The notes under the pieces were generated by a model. It was not told where the DNA came from and ran no database searches. It saw only the letters and a list, made by a program, of their open reading frames with translations. Positions 1 to 10,170 of a DNA stretch of 64,000 bases are shown here, piece by piece. The stretch is from Lama guanicoe (taxonomy: Eukaryota). The stretch spans positions 18,355,481 through 18,419,480 of the forward strand of contig MU056905.1 of assembly GCA_013239625.1 (NCBI GenBank). Direction: 5' to 3'. The translations under genes were made by a program, and so were the position numbers. Within the stretch, counting starts at the first letter, position 1, and every line of letters begins with the position of its first letter.

Positions 1-459
1 TAGTGAATACTTGGCTCATTGCATCTCCCCTGCAGAGCTTTTTTTTTGACCTAGTAATAAAAATCCTCCTGTAACCTGGTATTTTTTTTTACATTATTAT
101 TGATTTTCTTTTGTTCCTGTTTCTCTATAGAATGACCAGGTCTTGGTCCTTGATAATGTATTGGTTTGTATGTACTCTGGGAAATGATAGAGGGAAAGCT
201 AGTCTGCTGTTAACTTACAAGCAAGTGGAATGCCACCTCCTGTGTGGGGGAAAGATCTGGCACACAGTTTAGAAACTGCCTTCATTTAACACACACCACA
301 ATTCTCCAGAAACTCTCTTCAACCCCAGTAGGTTCTATTACCACGGTCAAGGTTGATTTAAAAACAGCAAAGCCGCTTAGGAGAGAGGAATGGGGGTGGG
401 GTGGGGTGAAAACAAAAGTAGGAAGAAGGAAGGGGGCAGGGTGCTAGAGCAGAAGGAAC

Positions 460-645
460 ACAGCCTCTGGAGTGGAGCAGTTTAGTTTCCAAATCCCAGC
501 TCTGCCACTTACTGTGTGTGACTTTGGGCACTAAACTGCTCAGAGCCCCCATCTCTTCACCTGGAAACAGAAATGATTATACTACTGACATTGCAAGGAG
601 GTTGTGAGAAGTGGCAATGATGGCGCTGATGTGCCTGGCATGTAG
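460..645 (+). mobile_element. MIR SINE
   Basis: Core aatcccagctctgccacttactgtgtgtgactttgggca. Confidence 0.75.
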
Positions 646-1611
646 CCAACCCGAAGGAATGGGAACCTCTATAGATTGAGGCAGAGCTGTTTCAGAAATG
701 GACCACATATCACTCAGTGTGATGAGGAAGATGTGCCTCCTCATTTAAAAATTATCTGTCTCAACTGCATTTCCGTTCTTAAGAAGGCGTTTTGCAGTTT
801 CTTTTTTCTGAGAGGTATATAGCATGGGCCAAGACATTTTGGATACCACCTCTGGTAGCGGCACAGTTTGGCAGTTCTTTGAGAATTCACTCTTCTAAAC
901 TTCTCTCAGTGGCTTGGCCCTTCTACGAGGAGACTATTATAAATACCAAGGATCAGCACTGCGGCTGTTTCTGAGGCTGATTCGCTCACCCTTGCTGTCA
1001 CGGTCAGACCTCATAATTTTTCATAATAGTTCTTAAACAACTGGTTTTAGCTCTGGAGCACTTATGACAAAGGGAGAAATAAAACTGGGGAGCCCTGTTC
1101 CTCCCACCCACCATCTCTTCACCCACACTCTTTTCCTAGCAACAGCTCTTTTCTCAACTCTTGGGCCTACATCTTCCATCCCACCTCCATCAGGAGCAGC
1201 AAAATATGGGGGTGAGAAGGCTGGGGGTGAGTCGAGGTGCAGGAGGAGGAAAGGGGGACGAGCTTCAGGGAGGAGGCTTATGAAGCACAAAAGACTCTGA
1301 CCTCCTTAGAAGAAGAGGAAACCACAGGGCTGGCTGAGCTTGGGAGGCCGCCAAGGAACTGAAGCAGAGAAGGTCCAGGTTAGGAGGGCAGGTGGCAAAG
1401 GGGTAGGGGGGTGGGCCGGGCTGAAGGGCAAGCAAAACAGTAGTCAGGGAAGGTTTGTCAGGTGTGGGAAAACTGTAAACAGTGTGGATAATTGGCATCT
1501 GCCACTCTTGGCCACTCTGGGCAGACTGGAACCCTGTAAAAGAAGAAATTTGGGGTGCATATTGAGAGAAGAGCAGTCCTTGCATCTTAGAACTTCAAGG
1601 TGGAAGGGGTT

Positions 1612-1766
1612 GTGTTTCTCAACCTTGGCTGCATATTAGAATCGTCCAGGGACCTTAAAAAACTACTGATGTCCCCTCATATTGACTGTGGGTGGGTCCT
1701 CCACATCAGTATTTTTACAGAGTTGACAGACTAACGCTAATAGGCAGCCAGGGTTGAGAACCACTG
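1612..1766. mobile_element. MER5-family hAT MITE
   Basis: Inverted termini gtgtttctcaaccttggctgc ... gcagccagggttgagaaccac. Confidence 0.75.
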
Positions 1767-4138
1767 AAGTCCAATCCTGCTTAGAGCAGGAATGTCACTT
1801 TGACAAGGCCTTTGGTGGAACCGAGTTTTAGTCTCAGTTCTACCTCACTTTGAAGCCAATAAACATACCCATCTTTTTTTTTTAAGCTCCCAGTGATGAT
1901 GATTTGCATACTTCAGGCTCTTGACTAAGTCTGAACTCTGCCTCAAGAGACCTACAGCAGCCCCTCCCCACACCCTTTCCCCTATAATAAGGGAGTGTTT
2001 AGATTATCCCCTTCCCAGGGTTTTTTTTTTTTTTTCAATCTTTCAATTCTGCCTTTAATAGGTATGAGAAGCTGGAACAAATAACCTGTTTTTGCTCTTC
2101 CCTTCTTCTGATTCAGTTCAGACATTTAGATTGATGTTACTTTCAAGCAAATAGGACAAATCTGGAGGGAACCGAAAATAACAGAAGACTACAATCTGGG
2201 GTGTCATGTCAGAAAGGGTGGGGTTGGATATGAGGAGAGGGTGTTGCTTGGTGATAGTGGTGCAGTACACGGGTTCAGCTCTTGGGCATGAACCCCAGGC
2301 CGTTTTTTAGCACCAGCTGGTGGAGCCGTCGCCTTGTCTCTCATGGCTGCCTCCCTGAATCACTGCCCAGCTGCCAGTCTGTTCTTTGTTTTCTCTAAGC
2401 TGTCCACCCTCCTCACCCAGATCTGCCGGCCCTGGTCCGTCAGCACACAAACTGTAATTCAGGATGTCATAGTCAGATAGCAGGCCTGCTTGAGGTCCAG
2501 AGAGGGGAGGTGACCCCTCTGAGGTCACATGGTGGGCAAGCCAAGGCTCCCTCTCAGTTCTCTTTCCATGATTTCAGCTCCTCCCAGCAGTTAGGTTGGG
2601 CTTACTCGATTGAGACATTTTTGATTGGTCTGTGACTGGGCTGCAATCTCCGAGGGGCCACGGATCCCCTTTCTTTCCAGACCTGGGCTGTACCAGAGGC
2701 CTGACAAGGACACAGCAGGATGGATGCCTAGGACGCCACAGGCCTGCGACGTGGGTGAGCCATCCTGGCTGCTGTTCATGACTTCACCCAGTTTCAAGCT
2801 GGCAGAGTCCTTTTCAGAAAGAGTCCTAAAGAGAGGAGTGTCCCTTTATTGCCAAGACTCCTCTGTTCTTCCTCTGACAAGCAGCTGGCCCCACTCCCAG
2901 CTGCCAACCTCGCCCATTCCCATCCTGGTGACTGGCGAGGAACCACCACAGGGAGAGAACGTGCAGTTGAGTCATGAGCTCACAGCAGCTGTTGTCTTTT
3001 CCTAATCAGATCCCTTGCCGTTCTGAAGTTGAAGCTTTAGAATAATTGGGAGCACAGGCGGTATGCTCAGCTCCCAAGAGATGGGTACCTTGTGCTCTGG
3101 AGACAAGGCCCAGTGACACTTGCCCTCATCTCAAGCTGCCTCTTTCTATGTCGAGGCGCTGACGACTCCCAGTTTCTGGCTGTGCCGTGATAGGGAGACA
3201 CACACTCTCTCCTCTGCAGAGTTCTTGGAGCCATCACTGTAATTCTCTGGGATTCAGGGCCTTGTTGAGTGTGACTGTTTTTGCCTAAATACCTGTGCAT
3301 TTACAGAGCCCGTGGTTGTTACTTGTACATGGTTTATTATGTGCTGCTGCTACATACATGGCTAGAGAATTTGGTAATTGCTTAATTTTTTGTGCTTAGT
3401 AGGTCAACAGTCAGACTTACTCCACCCTTTCATTTATGGAGCACGAGCTCTGGATTGCCAGAGAGCAATTAGGTCTGATTATTCTCATACTTCTTTTCAG
3501 TGACTAAATATGAAATTTAAAAAAAAAAGAAAGAAATTTCATTCTTCCTCTCCCTTACTTTCCTCATATAAAGCCAACTAATTGACCTTAGCCGAAATAT
3601 ATCATCAGAGACTGAAATCCAACATCTTTCTTTTGGTAGAAACAGCTAAATTTTTTAAGGGAGATGCTAGGTAAAATACATAATTTTAATCCTAAAATCA
3701 TTTTCAGGTATAAATATGTTATGTAATAGCGAGTAAGAACTTGGCTTTAAAAATAAATCTTTCTAAAATGCAAATTGAGTTGTCAAATCCTCATGCCTTT
3801 TAGTTAAAATAGTCACTACTGCCATTTCTGGAAATCCATGGCTCTGAATTTCTCATAGATCCTAGACTCTTAACATTTGGGCAAAACATTTAATCATTTC
3901 GCCCTTATAGCCTCACTTCCCAACCCTAGAATCAAAATGCAGTTCTGGATTAGAATTTGTTGATACGTATGAAGTATTCAGTAATGTTACTGTTCTGTTC
4001 CAGAGACTTATTAGCATTTAAAGCACTCCTCTTGAAATATCCTTATACCCAGTGATCATTAAAACATAATGAACTAAGTACTAGGGGATCTCTTAATGAT
4101 GCTGGTTTTGAAGAATATTCCTTGTAACAGCTAGAAGG

Positions 4139-5066
4139 CTCCTGCCCTTCGCTGACACTAGCCATTGTGCAAACTTAAGGTAAACTCCTGTATGTAGAAC
4201 TGGTTCCCTATAATCAGGCTGCAGGTACTAAATCGTTGTTTAAGGACTCCATGTGTGGCCTATCCAGATCTTAATGATGACAAGACCATAGGGAACTGGA
4301 TAAGCACAACCATACAAGACCACTTAGTTTTGTTTTGCCTACTTACCCTAAGTATTCAGAATGTCGTTTATCTTTAACACACACAGAGAGGTCACATCAA
4401 ATGCAAAATGAAAAATGAAGAAAGCGGGTCANNNNNNNNNNNNNNNNNNNNNNNNNNNNNNNNNNNNNNNNNNNNNNNNNNNNNNNNNNNNNNNNNNNNN
4501 NNNNNNNNNNNNNNNNNNNNNNNNNNNNNNNNNNNNNNNNNNNNNNNNNNNNNNNNNNNNNNNNNNNNNNNNNNNNNNNNNNNNNNNNNNNNNNNNNNNN
4601 NNNNNNNNNNNNNNNNNNNNNNNNNNNNNNNNNNNNNNNNNNNTTTTATAATACAGAAAGAAAACCTATGTTAATCTCTAACAAACCTCACAAATTGCTA
4701 CAAATCTCACAGAAAAATGCCTAAGAAAAAAATTTTCCAAAAGTACAATACATTTTTATTTCCACACATACATAGTATAGGCTCAAAGGCACAGCTTTGA
4801 ATTTTTTTTCTATCAAAGTGTCGGAAATTATTATAGTCTTATGAAGGAACCATGAAAGCCATCTTCACACTTGGCGCTTGGTAAGTTAAAAGTTTGGTCC
4901 ATTCAGTTTCACAAAGTTAATACAGCAGAGCTGAGTATGATACTCAATGCCATAAAACCACATTCTCACAGAACTTAAAAAACCCCTCTCCTGCCTTTTG
5001 CTGACACTAGCCATTGTGCAAACTTAGGACAAATAACTTGCATGTAGAAGAACCGGTCCCCTACAA
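4139..5066. repeat. Dispersed direct repeat, two ~75-bp copies (4139-4213 and 4988-5066)
   Basis: Identical 27-nt core gctgacactagccattgtgcaaactta at 4151-4177 and 5000-5026, with similar flanks. Confidence 0.9.
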
Positions 5067-5740
5067 ACCTCAACCAACTTAAGGCATACAGAACAGGCCT
5101 CTTCCTTCCCTCTGAACAGTGCTTACATTCCAAGACAATGCAGGTACAGGGACAGACACGAGTGTAACAGGGAATCTAGGTTTCCAGGCACCTCCATCTA
5201 GCCCTGGTGCTCCAGAAATCAGGATGACACCACCAGGAAGGAGGATGCTTGGGAGATATCTGAGGGCTGTTCGTTGTACAGTAAGATGACAGACGGAAAG
5301 GTGAATGTTCTTGGTAAATTATGTGCTCATCCAAGAACACAAACCAGATCCTGTCTCCAGTATCCATCCTTCAAGACTAAAGAGCTTTTGTCAACAGGAA
5401 AATAAGTAGTTTACCAGGAGTGGTTGCCAACATTAAAGCGAAGTCATGGAACAGAGGGAAAAGGCACAGGCTGGCCTGCCTGAGATAGTGCTCTACACAG
5501 TCAAGTCTGGCTTGGGTACAGGAACCCAATCTCACCGACTTTTAGTGAGTCCCATTTCTGAGCTAAAGTTTATTCATCCCACACTGAATCCCAGCCTCAT
5601 GTTCATTAGGAAAATGAATGTCTAGGAATAGTCCAGGAGTTATGATGTATAGAGATAAAGTCTTCAGGGGGTGGGTGTTGGGTTTATTATTATTATTAAT
5701 AATTATTATTAATATTAAATACGAATTCCTATGAAAGCAG
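4735..5740 (-). other. RFX4: RFX4 3' UTR (minimum likely extent; may extend further left)
   Basis: Follows the stop codon, has no recognisable interspersed repeats, and has AATAAA at 4755-4760 followed by U/GU-rich sequence. Confidence 0.7.
4755..4760 (-). terminator. Candidate polyadenylation signal AATAAA
   Basis: tttatt on +. The downstream minus-strand sequence is U/GU-rich (TTTTTTTCTTAGGCATTTTTCTGTGAGATTTGT). Confidence 0.6.
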
Positions 5741-6013
5741 TCATTTAGCCCATCCTGTGGAGGCCTCTCCGTTGATGTAAGCAAAGCCAGGAAAGTGTTG
5801 CATGTGCTCATACTCAGAATTCCTGCGTGTGGTCAGGGGTGTGTACATGTCACTAGAGTTTCCATACCTCGTGGAATGCACAGACGGGCTTGTGTAGCAC
5901 GTGTTGGCTGTGGNNNNNNNNNNNNNNNNNNNNNNNNNNNNNNNNNNNNNNNNNNNNNNNNNNNNNNNNNNNNNNNNNNNNNNNNNNNNNNNNNNNNNNN
6001 NNNNNNNNNNNNN
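5741..6013 (-). CDS. RFX4: RFX4 terminal coding exon 18 (5' part hidden in N gap; 5741-5913 visible)
   Basis: Visible part reads [59 protein letters not shown]. The start at ~6013 is inferred from the recalled orthologue length and lies within Ns 5914-6045. Confidence 0.9.
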   Translation of the reverse strand, partial: XXXXXXXXXXXXXXXXXXXXXXXXXXXXXXXXXXTANTCYTSPSVHSTRYGNSSDMYTPLTTRRNSEYEHMQHFPGFAYINGEASTGWAK

Positions 6014-7486
6014 NNNNNNNNNNNNNNNNNNNNNNNNNNNNNNNNAAATCAGCTTGAAGTTACATATACACAATAGCAGTAATGTTCACAGTTTAAATTA
6101 AATTTCTTAAGATGCTGTTAATGAAAGTTGATGGGAAATAACCAATGGAATTCTGGAAGACTGAATCTTGATCTATGAAGTATCCAACAGGAGAAATACA
6201 GAGAATTTCATAGCCAGAGCTGGGCTAGTGTTCACTCAGCCAGTAATACTGACTTTGTGCTCTTAATCTGGAATATTTGGGGAAGTCAAACCCCAAAGAA
6301 GGAATAATCCCAGTGGAAATATGGGGGCGGGGGGGGGAGAGAGAGAGAACACGAATGTGTTCTATGCATGTCCACATAGATACGGATGTATAGATGGATG
6401 GATGGTTTTGAGCTTTATCATTTTATCATTTATGGAGATGTGAAAGGTCCCATTCCATCCCAAGAGAATAATACTGCCAAGTAAAACACAATGACATCAT
6501 TAAAAATAGCATTTTACAGTTGAATTCAATTATGAACTGCAGCCTAAAAGCAGGCTTTTGAAGAGGAAGCAAGTCAATAGCTTTCAAAGGTTATTATTAC
6601 TGCCTATCATTTAGAGAATATCTCTCTTTTTGGTTCACATTCACTTATGTCCTGGAAGATACACAAGCAGGAAATGGTAAATGACTGGGCTTGACGTGGA
6701 TGCGGTGGAAGGAGTAGTCAAGATAAGCCAACTGGGATGGGAGGGAGGGGTGTTTTTGTGCAGGTCAGAAAAACAGGTGTTAGTAGCTACAAGAAGGGAA
6801 GCAGTTCTAGAAAGAATCAGGAGTAAGAGAAGCGTCCCTAAAGTGCTGCTGCTTTTACATTCTTTTCAGTTTCCAAGACAGCTATGCAATCGGAGGGGAG
6901 GAAGGGGAGGAGCTCTGGGCTTCCTTTGAGAGCTCCCAGTTTGCAGGCTGGTCAACACAAAGCTTTCCTTGCTGTGCTAAGGGCCACCCCAACAAGAGCA
7001 GGAGCCAGTCACCAAGGATAGCAAGGGCAGCGAGCAGGGGAGTCTGCGGGTGAACGTCTGAGTTCTTCTGCTCCCCATCTGTCTTCCCTGACAGTTGGAG
7101 AGTGGAGCCCTGAGGGATTAGGTGGGAGGCTGCCTCCTGTGAGGGAGACAGACAGGCTGAAGCCTAGACTGCCAGGAGAAGGGGCTATGACAACAATGGC
7201 TGCTCCTTGTAGTCGAGGGGGCCAAAGGGAACTGTTCTGCCTCTGAGTGGAAGCCCGAGGGGAAGCAGGGGAAGGTTGTTAGGCCCAAAGCACGTGAAGA
7301 GAACCAGCTGTTCACAGGTCCAGAAAGAGGGCTCCAACTTCTAGCAGTGGGGGCTTTGTCCTAATAGGACAGACAGTATGCCTTCCATAGCACAGGGCAG
7401 CCACTCACAGTCAAAAGCGCAGGTAGCAAAGAGGGACAAAGGTGTAGGTGGTACCTGGGAACTCAGGGGAGAAGGCACCAAGGGCT

Positions 7487-7500
7487 GTTGCCAAGGAGAC
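7487..7500. promoter_or_regulatory. Candidate X-box (RFX-binding) motif
   Basis: GTTGCCAAGGAGAC: one perfect half-site GTTGCC plus a degenerate second half at canonical 14-bp length. Confidence 0.35.
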
Positions 7501-7819
7501 TGTGGACAGCAAGCATGTGGAGGTGCTCATAATCCCCAGACTTGCTGTGTGTGCAGCAGCCATGGTGGACCCTCAGGCCTGAGTGCTGGGGTTCCAGCCC
7601 AGGACCCACTCTAAATCCCAAGGAAACCATATAAGATTGGGTCCTGCCCAAAGAGACAAGAGCCCAGGTATTCAACAGATAATTTTAACAAATATTACAA
7701 AACGATCTTTCATTTTTTCAAAAAGGTTGCTTCCCCCTCCTGATAGTCTCCCCAGTACATGTCCCCTCACCTCAGGGTGCTCTCCCTGGCACAGAGGCCT
7801 CCTCTCTGGTCCTCTCGAT

Positions 7820-8180
7820 GCCAAGCTGGTTCCCATCTCAGAGAATTTCATCCCACCTGTTCCCTCTGCCTGGAACACCTCTCTCCCACCTGTACCCCCA
7901 AGCTCCTTCCGTGCCTGCCTTTTCATCAAACTTCAGATCTCAGCTCAAATGTCACCTTCTGAGGGAGACTCTTCTGGACATCCTATCTCACCAAGCTAAG
8001 TGTTCTACCCTCCGCCTATTGGTCAAGATCTGAGCATCCCGCTTGTGAGCTGTTCCCTTCCACTGGCTTATATTCCTAAGTTCCTAGTGGGGCTTTGTCA
8101 TGGTCTCTACCACAGGCCCAACATCTGAGATGGTGCCTGGCACCTAGTAGGTGCTCCATAACTACTGGGTGAATGAACAA
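7820..8180 (+). mobile_element. L2 3' end
   Basis: tgttccctctgcctggaac...tctcagctcaaatgtcacc...gtgcctggcacctagtaggtgctc...gaatgaa. Confidence 0.7.
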
Positions 8181-9644
8181 GAGGGTGTTAACCACTGGAA
8201 AGAACCTGAAGGGGGTCATATCATCAAACCCCATGTTGTACAGATGAGAGAACAAGGATCCATGAGGTGAGGCGTCACCTGGCAGGCTAGGGGAAGAGCT
8301 GGCATGCAAACCCACTCCCGGGGTGGCACTTCTCCTGCACATCAATCTGACTGGCCCAAACTAGGCATGACCCACCACAACTGAACTACACAGAATTCAG
8401 AGAGGAAGACGCTCCTTTTTGGAACACATCCCACTGAACCTGAATCTGTCACTCTTCTTTTACACTCCTCCTCCCCTCCAGACCACACGGTCTTCCAACT
8501 CTGATCAGACCTCAATTTGAGCTTCTGGCAGAGCCCTCACTTGCCTTGGCTTGTGTAGGTAAAATGTCACAGTGTGGACTGACAGCCTCCTTCCCACAGA
8601 CCCCGAGAGAGTGTGGCTTTTGTGCCTCACCAAGGACCCTGGATGCAGCTGTGCCCAGGGGTTGTGTCACAGACTCAAAAGAGTAATTGCCTGGAAATGA
8701 GACTGGCTGAAAATATCTCCAATGTGACAATAAAATTCTGTTACCACAGAATCCGGCCTGGAAAATTCTGTCTTGTTAGGTCAGCTAATTGCAAATGAGT
8801 CAGTGACTTGTTTTCCCCGTGGTGAAGAGACCATTGAAAGATGAGAGGCTGACATGCCTGATGGTTAATGCCACTAGTGAAGCTTCTATTTAGTCTGGCG
8901 GGAGCACCCGCCTCACCTTTCACACTTCACATCCGGTTTCATGCGGGATCCTCGAGCACACTGGGCACAAACCCTGGGGTCCAGGGAGCTCTGTCCAGAA
9001 TAAAGGCGCTTTTTGTTGAGGACCCGTAACAGGAAGTCATGCTTTTCAAGGTCAAATCACACACTGTTGCTACTGATGTTACAGTGGAGATGAGTCACCA
9101 GTCCCCACCCTGAGAGAAAGGTGGTGAGGGGTGCTGTGAGCATATGTGTGTGGGCATGTGGGTGCAAGTGGACCAAGGTTCTGTCCAGTGCCTGTGGCGT
9201 GAGTCCATCTCAGCTGAGATTGACCCTGGGCCTCTTTGGAACCATATTAGGAAGTTCTATTTTGAGAAGAGACTCCCCACACCAAGGGCTGACTTCCCTG
9301 CACACGGGGAGGGAAGAATGAGCCCTTTATCCCTGAACCTGACCAAATGGGCTGCTCCTTGAGCACGGGTGAAAGGTGGCCCTGTCGGGAGCACAAACTG
9401 TTTTCCTATGAAAGGCAGCTCTCACTGCCCAAAGGTCTACCAGCGGGCAACCCCCTCCCAGGACATTGCTCCCCCAAATTTTTGCCACAGAGTCCACATC
9501 TGCTGAGCTTTTAGGGCCAGGCTTAATTGAGTTAATACATATGAAACACTTAGAATGTCCACATAGTCAGTTTTCAAAATATGGTAGCTACTCATATTCT
9601 TCTTCAAGTCATAGGATCATGATAGGAAGAGCCTTAGTGACTGA

Positions 9645-10170
9645 CCATCTGGTGCTATCTCTCGTTTTACAGATGAGGGGACTGAGTTCAAGACAGAGGA
9701 AGTGACTTGCTTGAGGTCACACAGCAGCTTACTACCAGAATTAGGATTCATTCATTCATCGATGAGTATTTACTGAGTACGCACCAAGGGCCAAGTCTGT
9801 TCTGAGTCCTGGGAATATTATGGTCAGAAAGAAAAAAAGACCTGGTCCTTGCCTTCACAGAGCTAGTATAGTGAGGGAGACAGATATTAATTCTGTAATT
9901 ACACAAAATATAACAACTGTGGTGTTACAAAGGATGATGATGATGATGATGATAATGATAATAATAATAATAAACACAAATAGTGTTAACTATAAGCCAG
10001 GCTCTGTTCTAACCTTTATTAAGTCACTCAACCCTCCCAATAACCCTATGAAATAGGTACTAGGATTATCCCTGCTTTTCAGATGAGGGGATGGAGGCAC
10101 AGTGCTAATAAGAGGCAGAGGTGGGATTTGAACTCAGAAAGCCTGGCTCTATAGTCAGAGATTTTATGCC
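9645..10170 (-). mobile_element. MIR / L2 / MIR cluster with (GAT)n(AAT)n microsatellite at 9933-9972
   Basis: ttttacagatgaggggactgag...gtgacttgcttgaggtcacacag; attcattcattcat; aaccctatgaaataggtact...gggatttgaactcag. Confidence 0.7.

Noticed and set aside
1400-1420. G-quadruplex motif GGGGTAGGGGGGTGGGCCGGG
   Set aside because: It fits the pattern but is intergenic with no supporting context, and such motifs are very common.
1-4100. Neighbouring gene or promoter downstream of RFX4 (RIC8B in human, as recalled)
   Set aside because: No CpG island and no recognisable exon here. The neighbour probably lies beyond the left edge.
4139-5066. CRISPR-like or other prokaryotic repeat-spacer array
   Set aside because: Only two copies 849 bp apart, in mammalian DNA, with no cas-like genes. 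No regularly spaced array was seen anywhere in the window.
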